DNA of 64,000 nt from an uncultured Rhabdochlamydiaceae bacterium (lineage in GTDB: Bacteria > Chlamydiota > Chlamydiia > Chlamydiales > Rhabdochlamydiaceae). The stretch covers positions 1,632,001 through 1,696,000 of the forward strand of contig CAVQHD010000001.1 of the NCBI GenBank assembly GCA_963712275.1, in the 5' to 3' direction. This document shows, piece by piece, positions 51,879 through 60,391 of this stretch (its first letter is position 1; every line of letters begins with the position of its first letter). The translations under genes were made by a program, and so were the position numbers. A model generated the notes under the pieces. The model did not search any database and had not been told where the DNA came from. It worked only from the letters and a program-made list of their open reading frames with translations.

Positions 51879-52568
51879 TGCCACCCGTAGTTTCGTCAGA
51901 GGACCCATAGAACTTAAGAGATCGGTAATGGAGTCCCATGTAGGACCCGACAGGGTTGGATCATCGTCATAAAACATCCACTGATGATGAACGAAGACCA
52001 CGGTCCGATCTCGAACAATTTTCTCGAAATCAAGATAGGTCAGCGTGTAGCACTGAATTGACTCCTTCAAGGCCCGCTTTAAGATCTCCTGAAGCGCTTT
52101 GGCAAAATAATCCCTTCTAAAAAGAAATGTCCCTATTGGCTGTTTGAGCAGAAGTTTTTCAGCCTCGTCCCGATTGATGTCAACCCACGCTTCTTTAAGA
52201 ATCGAGTTTTGTTCTTCCAGCTCCAAAGGCAATTGCCAATGAAGGTGTGCAAGCTGCTCTAACCGCTCAATCTCAGGAAACGCTTTCTTTAAGATCTCCG
52301 CCATCTCTTGAAGGTGCAGCTCTGCTTTTTGAGATAGGTCATCTTTTGCCTTCCATGAGACCTTGGACTGATCGATATCGAGCAGTAGAGTTAAGGTTGT
52401 CAGCTGGCTGGAATCAGGAGCTGTATAAAAAATTTCCCCTGTCTCTCGATCGCAGAAAAAGTCAATGCTCTTTTGATGTTCATTTGTCACATGAAGAGCC
52501 TGAAATGCCTCTAGGATAGATAAGATGTTTCGACGAACCAGTGGATTTTGAATAACCCATGAGCGCAT
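51855..52568 (-). CDS. SH2-domain-like protein
   Basis: W..INRDEAEKLL.KQPIGTFLFRR...YTLTY...SITDLL. Confidence 0.7.
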   Translation of the reverse strand: MRSWVIQNPLVRRNILSILEAFQALHVTNEHQKSIDFFCDRETGEIFYTAPDSSQLTTLTLLLDIDQSKVSWKAKDDLSQKAELHLQEMAEILKKAFPEIERLEQLAHLHWQLPLELEEQNSILKEAWVDINRDEAEKLLLKQPIGTFLFRRDYFAKALQEILKRALKESIQCYTLTYLDFEKIVRDRTVVFVHHQWMFYDDDPTLSGPTWDSITDLLSSMGPLTKLRVASLPLSQE

Positions 52569-52621
52569 ATGATCTCCCTCCCCTACCCTTATTTACAAAA
52601 CAAATTAATTAATTTCTACCA

Positions 52622-52722
52622 GGGAGTGTCCTCAAACTCAGGTTTCGTCGATTTTCGGAGAATTTTTGGCCTGGTTCAAAAAGTCCCGAAAATCGACGAA
52701 ACCTGAGTTTGAGGACACTCTC
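52622..52722. mobile_element. Fold-back element D (101 bp), related to element E
   Basis: Perfect 35-bp IR at 52624-52658 / 52686-52720; shares AAACTCAGGTTTCGTCGATTTT with 63098-63119. Confidence 0.85.
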
Positions 52723-53456
52723 TAAAGTTCGCGGGCTTTTAAAAAGGTGGCTTGGAAAGTATTCATCAAAAGAGCTCTGATTCCCCCTTCCTCAAGTGCT
52801 TTAAGACCTGAAATCGTTGTTCCTCCGGGAGAGGCCACTTTCCATTTAAGCTCCGTTGGACAGCTCCCCGTCTCTCTTAAAAGCTTAACAGCTCCTTCAA
52901 TGGTTTTAAGCACAAGCTCTTGCGATTCTGCTTGTGTAAACCCTAAAAAAATGCCGCTGTCAATCATTGCTTCGATAAGCACAAAGACAAAGGCAGGCCC
53001 TGATCCAGCTAGTGCTGAAAGACCTTCTAGCTTATCCTCCGAGAGCCAAAGGAGAAGACCCAATCCTTGACACAGCGCGCTCACCTGCTCTTTTGTTTCA
53101 AGAGATAGCTCCGCTGTTTTAGCAAGACCCACAACTCCCTCCCCACAGATAAGGGGCAGATTAGGCATTGCCCGAACAAGGATCGGTTTGGGAAAATAGT
53201 CTCGAAGAAGGGCAACAGGCGTCCCGGCTAAGATACTTATCACAATTTGATGGGGTTGAAAAAGAGAGCCTATTTCTTTTACAAGCGTCTTCAGATCTTT
53301 AGGCTTAACAGCTAAAACGATAACATCGGCTTTCTGAACAGCTTCGCTCTTTGAACTATTTCTGTCGCATAAAATAACAGAGTGGCTCTTTGAAAAATGA
53401 CGCGCAAGCGCGCTTCCCATGACCCCGCAGCCAATGACAGCTATTTGCATATTCAC
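52722..53456 (-). CDS. proC: Pyrroline-5-carboxylate reductase
   Basis: IGCGVMG, LAVKP, RAMPN, GSGPAF and SPGGTT motifs. Confidence 0.93.
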   Translation of the reverse strand: MNMQIAVIGCGVMGSALARHFSKSHSVILCDRNSSKSEAVQKADVIVLAVKPKDLKTLVKEIGSLFQPHQIVISILAGTPVALLRDYFPKPILVRAMPNLPLICGEGVVGLAKTAELSLETKEQVSALCQGLGLLLWLSEDKLEGLSALAGSGPAFVFVLIEAMIDSGIFLGFTQAESQELVLKTIEGAVKLLRETGSCPTELKWKVASPGGTTISGLKALEEGGIRALLMNTFQATFLKAREL

Positions 53457-53491
53457 CTTAATCCTGTAATATAACTTAAAGGAGTTTATCT

Positions 53492-54112
53492 ATGGAAGAA
53501 AGAGATGCCTTATCCCCCGAAATTCGGGCGCACCGACACCCCGCTTATCCCATTTCCCCTTTTATTTTGAATCGATGGTCTCCACGAGCCATGTCAGGAG
53601 AGCCCATCTCCCAAGATGAGCTATTCACGTTATTCGAAGCGGCGCGCTACGCCCCTTCTTCTTACAATAACCAGCCTTGGATTTTCATTTATGGAATGCA
53701 AGGAACCCCCGCCTGGAAAACGCTTCTGCATCTGCAAGTCCCTTTCAATCAAGCGTGGACAAAAAATAGCAGCGCGCTTGTTTTAATTGCCTCCTACAAT
53801 CTCTTTTATCTGAATGGAAAACCCTCAAACACACATAGTTTTGATACAGGGGCTGCATGGATGGCCCTGGCACTTGAAGGACACAGTAGAGGCCTTGTCG
53901 TTCATGGCATGTCGGGATTTAACTATGAAGAAGCTCAAAAGCAGCTTCAAATCCCTCAAGACCATACCGTAGAGGCTATGGTTGCGATTGGAAAACCAGG
54001 ACCGCTCAGCAGCCTGCCTCCTGAAATTCAGGCAAAAGAAACCCCGAGTGAGCGGCGGCCGCTAAAAGACTTTGTCATGGAAGGCTTCTTTAGAAAGATC
54101 GAGCAAGCATAA
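53492..54112 (+). CDS. Nitroreductase family protein
   Basis: RWSPRAM, AARYAPSSYNNQPW and FDTGAAW motifs. Confidence 0.92.
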   Translation: MEERDALSPEIRAHRHPAYPISPFILNRWSPRAMSGEPISQDELFTLFEAARYAPSSYNNQPWIFIYGMQGTPAWKTLLHLQVPFNQAWTKNSSALVLIASYNLFYLNGKPSNTHSFDTGAAWMALALEGHSRGLVVHGMSGFNYEEAQKQLQIPQDHTVEAMVAIGKPGPLSSLPPEIQAKETPSERRPLKDFVMEGFFRKIEQA

Positions 54113-54124
54113 AGCTTGCTCGAT
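54099..54124. terminator. Hairpin between convergent genes
   Basis: ATCGAGCAAGC-ATAAA-GCTTGCTCGAT overlapping the nitroreductase stop. Confidence 0.55.
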
Positions 54125-54145
54125 TCAGTAAAAAGAGCGCTTAGT

Positions 54146-54241
54146 TTATCGAGCTGCTCTTTTTGATCGACGTGCAGTTGTACGTCTTTTTCCTCTTTTC
54201 GCAGTTGCTTTGCGAGAAGATTTACGTGCTTTCTTAGCCAT
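54146..54241 (-). CDS. 31-aa Lys/Arg-rich protamine/histone H1-like peptide
   Basis: MAKKARKSSRKATAKRGKRRTTARRSKRAAR; TAAGGAG RBS; promoter TTGCAA-17-TATACT at 54355-54327. Confidence 0.75.
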   Translation of the reverse strand: MAKKARKSSRKATAKRGKRRTTARRSKRAAR

Positions 54242-54326
54242 TGTGTACTCCTTAAATTAATTCCGTAGGCTTAGTTTAAAAAACCCGTCAGGGTCTTAAA
54301 ACACCTGTCTATTCCCTACAATTTTC

Positions 54327-54355
54327 AGTATAATAAAAAAAATTTTAATTTGCAA
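54327..54355 (-). promoter_or_regulatory. Sigma66/70-type promoter of the 31-aa peptide gene
   Basis: TTGCAA-17-TATACT. Confidence 0.65.
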
Positions 54356-54396
54356 ATTTTTTTATTTTCTATAAAAAAATAAAGGCAAGGAGAAAT

Positions 54397-54426
54397 AAAA
54401 AGGGGCTGTTAATACAGCCCCTTTTT
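54397..54426 (-). terminator. Intrinsic (bidirectional-type) terminator
   Basis: AAAAAGGGGCTGT-TAAT-ACAGCCCCTTTTT. Confidence 0.8.
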
Positions 54427-54451
54427 GTTCTTCTGAACTCAGAAAAAAATT

Positions 54452-54523
54452 CTACCAGCAACGGCAAGAGCTCATTTTTCGTTTAGTTGTTTTGCGTTTT
54501 TTCTTAGCTTTTTTCTTTGCCAT
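54452..54523 (-). CDS. 23-aa Lys-rich peptide ending in CRCW
   Basis: MAKKKAKKKRKTTKRKMSSCRCW; AGAGG RBS; promoter TTGTAA-17-TATAAT; downstream terminator. Confidence 0.7.
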   Translation of the reverse strand: MAKKKAKKKRKTTKRKMSSCRCW

Positions 54524-54561
54524 AATTTCCTCTTTGTTTAAAGGGTTTCCCCATAATTTGC

Positions 54562-54590
54562 ATTATAACTTATAAAATAATAATTTACAA
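54562..54590 (-). promoter_or_regulatory. Sigma66/70-type promoter of the 23-aa peptide gene
   Basis: TTGTAA-17-TATAAT. Confidence 0.65.
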
Positions 54591-54644
54591 ACTAAACAAA
54601 AAAAGCTTTGGTATTAGTGGCCTGTCGTATAGCATGTTAAGGAT

Positions 54645-54989
54645 ATGTCTATCTTGGCGCTTTACCTTATCCTTTACCCTCTTGCCTCCGCTCAGGCACC
54701 CTCCACAATTGAAGCAGCAAAGCCTCATGTCTACTCTATTGCGCTTTATTATTCCCCTCGCTGCCCTTACTCCAAAAAAGTGCTCGATTATCTCAACCAA
54801 GCACACCTTTCAATCCCTTTAAAAAATGTGACAATCGACCCTCAAGCAAAAGAAGAATTGAAAAGTGTCGGTGGTTTTCTAACTGTCCCTTGCCTTATTG
54901 TCGATGGAAATCCGATTTACGAAGTAAGCAACATCATTGATTGGCTCTCTACCCATCAGGAAGAGCTGGAAAAAAGATTCCGTTTATGA
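54645..54989 (+). CDS. Exported glutaredoxin-like protein (CPYS)
   Basis: Signal peptide, CPYS, TVPCLIVDG and II.WL motifs. Confidence 0.85.
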   Translation: MSILALYLILYPLASAQAPSTIEAAKPHVYSIALYYSPRCPYSKKVLDYLNQAHLSIPLKNVTIDPQAKEELKSVGGFLTVPCLIVDGNPIYEVSNIIDWLSTHQEELEKRFRL

Positions 54990-56398
54990 TAACTAAACCC
55001 AAACGAGTACTTTCTATCTTCCTACTGGCCATGCTCAATGTTTCTGTGATGGCTAGCCTACGAAATCTTCCTCTTGTATCAGAATATGGGCTGAGCGCTA
55101 TCTTTTACTTTCTGGTTGTCGCGCTGACGTTCTTGGTGCCTTGCGCTCTCATCTCAGCTGAGCTGGCAACAGGATGGCCTAAATCAGGAGGAGTTTATGT
55201 GTGGGTTAGGGAAGCTCTAGGAGAGCGATGGGGATTTTTTTCTGTTTGGGTTCAATGGGCGCACAACCTTGCCTGGTATCCTGTCATCTTATCTTTTGTC
55301 GCAACCTCGGTTGCCTATGTGATTAACCCGGCCCTTGCAGAAAACAAGTATTATATCCTTACCATCGTGCTTCTTTCATTTTGGTCTATGACTCTCTTAA
55401 ACTATTTAGGAATACGCGCCTCAAGCTGGTTTTCAACCTTGGGAGTGATTGTAGGGACAATTTTTCCTGGCGCGCTCATCATCTTTTTAGGAGCTTCATG
55501 GCTAATCACAGGAAATTCGGCCCAAATCTCCTTCAACTGGGAATCGATCATCCCAGCACCTAGCAACCTGAATAACCTAGTCTTTCTTGCGGGGATGTTT
55601 CTTGCTTTTGCCGGACTCGAAGTGACAGCTGCTCATGCGGGGCAAGTTGAAAATCCTAAAAAAAATTACCCTCGGGCAATTTTACTCGCTTCCGTCATCA
55701 CTTTTCTCCTCTTTATGCTCGGCTCGCTCTCGATCGCACTTGTCATCCCTAAATCAGAGATCAGCCTTGTCGCAGGCCTGATTGAAGCGTTTGGTCGTTT
55801 TTTTACCGTTTATCATTTGCAGCCCATTCTTCCTTTGATGGCAATTCTTCTCACAATAGGTGCGGTTGCAGAAGTCAATGCCTGGATCATTGGACCTATT
55901 AAAGGCCTTTATGCGACGACCTCTCATGGAGAACTTCCGCCACTTTTCCAAAAAGTCAATAAAAAAGGGGTTCCCACGAATCTTCTCCTTTTTCAAGCGA
56001 TCATCGTCACCTTTTCGTCCTTTGTTTTCCTTCAGATGCCGACCATTAGCTCTTCATATTGGATCTTGAGCGCCCTTTCAGCTCAAAGCTACCTCATCAT
56101 GTACATTCTCATGTTTATCTCTGCCCTCAAACTCCGATATACCCAGCCTAAAGTCCCCCGTCCGTACCAAGTCCCTTACGGGAAAAGGGGAATTTGGATA
56201 GCTGTTATTCTCGGGATTGCTTCCTCTCTCTTTGCAATTACCATTGGGTTTGTCCCACCTGGGCAGTTAAAAACAGGAAGCCTATTCTTCTATGAACTCT
56301 TCTTAATCGCAGGGCTTCTCATCATGTGCGGGATTCCCCTTGTGATTCATAAATTTAAAAAGCCGTCGTGGAAAAAACCTCTCTCACAAGATGAATAA
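54986..56398 (+). CDS. APC-family amino acid permease (GadC-like)
   Basis: SLRNLP, AELATGWPKSGGVYVWV and FAGLEV motifs; about 12 transmembrane helices. Confidence 0.9.
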   Translation: MITKPKRVLSIFLLAMLNVSVMASLRNLPLVSEYGLSAIFYFLVVALTFLVPCALISAELATGWPKSGGVYVWVREALGERWGFFSVWVQWAHNLAWYPVILSFVATSVAYVINPALAENKYYILTIVLLSFWSMTLLNYLGIRASSWFSTLGVIVGTIFPGALIIFLGASWLITGNSAQISFNWESIIPAPSNLNNLVFLAGMFLAFAGLEVTAAHAGQVENPKKNYPRAILLASVITFLLFMLGSLSIALVIPKSEISLVAGLIEAFGRFFTVYHLQPILPLMAILLTIGAVAEVNAWIIGPIKGLYATTSHGELPPLFQKVNKKGVPTNLLLFQAIIVTFSSFVFLQMPTISSSYWILSALSAQSYLIMYILMFISALKLRYTQPKVPRPYQVPYGKRGIWIAVILGIASSLFAITIGFVPPGQLKTGSLFFYELFLIAGLLIMCGIPLVIHKFKKPSWKKPLSQDE

Positions 56399-57668
56399 AC
56401 CTCTTGCACAGCAGCTCAGACCCCAATCTCTAGAGGAAGTTGCAGGACAGGGCCACCTGATTCACGCAGATGGGTTTTTGGCTCATCTGATCCAAGAGAA
56501 ACGTCCTCTCTCCCTTCTTTTATGGGGGCCTCCTGGCTGCGGCAAAACAACGCTAGCCCAACTCTATGCCAAGGCCCTTGACGCTCAGTTTCACGCGATC
56601 AGCCCCCTAACACAAGGGGTCTCCGATTTGAAGGAGATCATCGATCAACATAAGAAACACCCACTTCTTCAGCGCCATCTGATTATTTTTGTCGATGAAA
56701 TCCACCGTTTTAATAAAGCACAGCAAGACCTTTTCCTCCCCTACCTTGAAAATGGAACCCTCATCCTCATTGGAGCGACCACTGAAAACCCTTCCTTTGC
56801 CTTAAATAAAGCACTTTTGTCCCGCTTAAGGGTCCTGCAGCTGAAAGCACTGACCGATGAAGAGCTAGGCAAGGTGCTCGAAAGATGTCAGCAAAAAACC
56901 AAAAGGCTTCTCCTAACCCCCGATGCGAGAGGACAGATCATCCAAATGGCCCAAGGAGATGCAAGGCACCTTCTCAATCTTGTTGAAAACCTGCAAGGCG
57001 CTGAAGGAGAGATCAATGGAGAGAGGCTGCAGCAGCTCGCGCAGCAAAGATCAGCTCTTTACGACCCTCATGACGACGCCCACCATCAACTGATCTCTGC
57101 CCTCCACAAAAGCGTTCGAGGATCGGACCCAAGTGCCGCCCTTTACTGGCTCTCTCGCATGCTCGAAGGAGGTCAGTCGCCAGCTTTTCTAGGCAGACGG
57201 ATTGTCCGGATGGCAGTCGAAGATGTAGGCCTTGCCGATCCAACAGCTCTTCAGGTCGCCCTTCATGCTTGGCAAGCCTACGACCAACTCGGATCACCTG
57301 AAGGGGATCTAGCGCTGGCACAAGCGATTATCTACCTCGCGCTCGCTCCTAAAAGCAATGCCAGCTATACCGCCTTTGGCCAGGCGCAGCAGCTAGCAAA
57401 GCAAACCACCCACTACCCTCCCCCGCCTTGGATTATCAACGCTCCCACTCCCCTCATGAAAGATCTAGGCTATGGAAAAGGATACCAGTACGACCACGAC
57501 CTGAAAGATGGCTTTTCAGGGCAAAACTATTTCCCAGAAGGGATCGATCCGCCCTCTTTCTATCATCCAGTTGAGCGAGGATTTGAGCGGGAAATGAAAA
57601 AACGACTCGATTATTTCAGACAGCTTCGAAAGAAAAAAGAAGACCCCTCTATGGATTGTGGAAACTAA
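56391..57668 (+). CDS. rarA: Replication-associated recombination protein A
   Basis: WGPPGCGKTT, DEIHRFNKAQQD, GATTENPSF and SALHKSVRGSD motifs. Confidence 0.96.
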   Translation: MNKPLAQQLRPQSLEEVAGQGHLIHADGFLAHLIQEKRPLSLLLWGPPGCGKTTLAQLYAKALDAQFHAISPLTQGVSDLKEIIDQHKKHPLLQRHLIIFVDEIHRFNKAQQDLFLPYLENGTLILIGATTENPSFALNKALLSRLRVLQLKALTDEELGKVLERCQQKTKRLLLTPDARGQIIQMAQGDARHLLNLVENLQGAEGEINGERLQQLAQQRSALYDPHDDAHHQLISALHKSVRGSDPSAALYWLSRMLEGGQSPAFLGRRIVRMAVEDVGLADPTALQVALHAWQAYDQLGSPEGDLALAQAIIYLALAPKSNASYTAFGQAQQLAKQTTHYPPPPWIINAPTPLMKDLGYGKGYQYDHDLKDGFSGQNYFPEGIDPPSFYHPVERGFEREMKKRLDYFRQLRKKKEDPSMDCGN

Positions 57669-57966
57669 GGACACACGTGTCATAGCCATCAACGCATAGA
57701 GGGGAGAGAAGTTAATTTTGACTTAAGCTCCAGGGATCGGCTTTTGTGCATGACACAAAGATGCCGGTCGAGACCTCTTTTAGAGGATATGGTACCTTAA
57801 GTTTTGACGCTTAAAAACCAGTTTAAGCAATCAACTTTAACTTCTTTAAAACCCGTCCCCATCTTCAATTTAAAACTTAACAATTAATTTTACAAGCATT
57901 TTCTTTAAGAGTGACAAAAAATCTCTTCGCAGGTATCATATTCTCATTACATTTTAGGAAAATTCA

Positions 57967-58920
57967 ATGTCTGTAAAAGCCATTAGCAGAACCTTTGTCA
58001 ACTTTTACATGTCGATTGAGGGGGAAACCCTCCAAGAAAAAGTATCCCATGTTGCCAAAGGCGCCCTCTACCTTGCAGCCTATGGAGGAGTAGGTCATGC
58101 CCTCTACAAAATCCTTCCTCATCAGATGACAATATGGACTTACCACCCTACCTTATGGACCTTACCGCCTTATTTGTTTGTCTCTCTACATTCATGCCGT
58201 GTGAGTAATGTGGGACGGATGATTGCCTGTTTTTATTCTCAAGATGATTGCAGAAAAGCCGTTCAATCCTTTCTAAGCGCCTCCTCCCGAGGAGAAAAAT
58301 TTGTGGCCTTTTGTCGGGCTTATTATACAATAAGAATAATTTGTCACGAAGTTAGGACTATTCTTGCCCTCCATTTTCCCCGCGCAAAAAATACCTCGGT
58401 ATCTCTACCAAAACCCAATGAATCAAAATCCCTATCAAAAATAGAACGAGTCTGTGAGGCCCTCTTTAACACGGCGCTCACCGCTGGAGTGGTTGTTCTT
58501 CAATTGAAATTTAATTCCGACTATTATACCCGTCTAGGACTTGCTGGAGGATTTGCCATCGGAGCTTGGTATAAGGCTTCAATCTTTGGTGCATTCCATC
58601 GTGAACTAAAAAATTTTAGGTATAAGTTCGGAACAGAATCTCTTGTAGACCTTGAAAAAATCTTTAAAAGCCTTGACAGGGTTTCTGGATTTCAAAAGGG
58701 TGCTTTTTATACCTCTCGTACAACCTCACAACGATGCCGTCAGCTCTGGGCATCTTGGGACCGTCTTGCCTCTGCAGTTGCAGGTGACCCTATTGCACCG
58801 TTTTTCCAAGGCCAAATCATCGCCTCTTATTACAACGATCTTATCACCTTATACCAAGAATCAAGGGATAAGAGTCTGTCAGGCTGGGATCCCCGTAAAA
58901 CTGAATGGGACCAGTATTGA
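57967..58920 (+). CDS. Hypothetical membrane-associated protein
   Basis: 317-aa ORF with hydrophobic segments; its 3' end overlaps pfp. Confidence 0.6.
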   Translation: MSVKAISRTFVNFYMSIEGETLQEKVSHVAKGALYLAAYGGVGHALYKILPHQMTIWTYHPTLWTLPPYLFVSLHSCRVSNVGRMIACFYSQDDCRKAVQSFLSASSRGEKFVAFCRAYYTIRIICHEVRTILALHFPRAKNTSVSLPKPNESKSLSKIERVCEALFNTALTAGVVVLQLKFNSDYYTRLGLAGGFAIGAWYKASIFGAFHRELKNFRYKFGTESLVDLEKIFKSLDRVSGFQKGAFYTSRTTSQRCRQLWASWDRLASAVAGDPIAPFFQGQIIASYYNDLITLYQESRDKSLSGWDPRKTEWDQY

Positions 58921-60391
58921 TGTAGTTGCAATGCCACATCCAATCAGTTCGATGCTTAGCGAGCTTTTGAAAGGGAGCGCCGTTTAGATCGACAACCGCT
59001 TTATCAATGACAGGTTTAAGAGCACCACTCCTGGTGGAGAGTTTGAGAAGAGATGGGAGCGGCACCCCTCCAAATGTCCATTCAGAGGGAGGAAGGTGAA
59101 GCCCTTTCACATAGGCCATCTGAGCTGTCTGCCGATGCACCGCAAGGAGTGCTGCCGTGCATCCAAGCGCATAACTATAGTTCGCATCGAAGTTCGAGGG
59201 ATGACCGCACCGCCCCTCATATCCATAAAAATGGGCAAGCGGCTGGAATACCCCTTCAAACCGGTTCTTTTTAAGCTGTTTTTGCACCGCTTCCATCAGA
59301 AGAAGTTCTGTTTCAATCGCCGATAAGTTGACATTTCCATGCGGATCTTTATCGATAAGAAGCTGCTTCTGAATTCTCTCAGGAAGTTGATGCCAGGTGG
59401 ACGCAAGCGGCTCCGGAAACTCCTCAGGAGATGTCTTAGCCACCGCTTGAAACAGAGGAGCTAGATCCGGCATCGTCTCTAAAAGCCCTTCAGGCACCAA
59501 GACAATCCCATAGGGCATCTTTTGCACGGTGCGCATCTGAACCCACCGGGTCAGCTCTTCAACCACCATCTTAAACGATTTCCGCTCTTCGGAAATGAGG
59601 GTGATATTCGACTGGGTTTTAAGAGCGCATTCAAGCGTCAGATGAGAGGCTGATCTTCCCATGAGTTTGACAAAGTGAAAATACTTGAGGGAAGACAACG
59701 TGTCTTGGGCAAGATTTCCAATCATTTCAGAGTAAATTTTAGAGGCTGTGTCAAAACCAAAAGAGATCGGCACATACGGATTTTGGATATCTCCATCGAT
59801 TGTTTTGGGAACCCCAATCACACAGGTTGCCGATTTTTCTTTGAGAAAATATTCAGCAAGATGGGCAGCGTTGGTATTGGAATCGTCCCCTCCGATAATG
59901 ATAAGGCCGCTCAGCTTAAGCTTGGAGACCACAGCTAAAACAGCTTGAAATTGATCCGGCGTCTCGATTTTGGTTCTTCCTGAGCCGAGCAGATCAAATC
60001 CTCCTTGGTTGCGGTAGGCCTTTAGCTTAGCTGCATCCAGCGGAATGTAGGAGCCCGAGACAATCGCTCCAGGTCCTCCTAAAAAACCGATCAGTGAAGA
60101 GTTTCTTGTCATTTGACATAGCGTATCAAAAATCCCTGCGACGACATTATGCCCTCCAGGTGCAGGCCCGCCGGAGAAGACAACTCCTATTTTTGAAGGA
60201 GCTGTTTCTGAAGAGATGCGGCTTTCAATACCTTGGATGACACAAGATATTGATGTGAGAGGAAAGAGTGAGGTGATTTCTGCTGGAGCTAAAAGAGTGT
60301 CGATCGTTTGGAAAGCCACCGACAGGGGGCGGCTCAAAAGAGAAGGGATCTTCGGCTGACACGATCGTCTCGCATCAGCAAGGGTTAACAT
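58844..60391 (-). CDS. pfp: Pyrophosphate-dependent phosphofructokinase
   Basis: SGGPAPGGHNV, IGGDDSNT, PKTIDGD, MGRSASH and GYEGRC motifs. Confidence 0.94.
   Translation of the reverse strand: MLTLADARRSCQPKIPSLLSRPLSVAFQTIDTLLAPAEITSLFPLTSISCVIQGIESRISSETAPSKIGVVFSGGPAPGGHNVVAGIFDTLCQMTRNSSLIGFLGGPGAIVSGSYIPLDAAKLKAYRNQGGFDLLGSGRTKIETPDQFQAVLAVVSKLKLSGLIIIGGDDSNTNAAHLAEYFLKEKSATCVIGVPKTIDGDIQNPYVPISFGFDTASKIYSEMIGNLAQDTLSSLKYFHFVKLMGRSASHLTLECALKTQSNITLISEERKSFKMVVEELTRWVQMRTVQKMPYGIVLVPEGLLETMPDLAPLFQAVAKTSPEEFPEPLASTWHQLPERIQKQLLIDKDPHGNVNLSAIETELLLMEAVQKQLKKNRFEGVFQPLAHFYGYEGRCGHPSNFDANYSYALGCTAALLAVHRQTAQMAYVKGLHLPPSEWTFGGVPLPSLLKLSTRSGALKPVIDKAVVDLNGAPFQKLAKHRTDWMWHCNYINTGPIQFYGDPSLTDSYPLILGIR

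Noticed and set aside
58844..58920. 77-bp convergent overlap between the orphan ORF and pfp
   Set aside because: Most simply explained by stop-codon loss and read-through of the orphan; there is no evidence of function.
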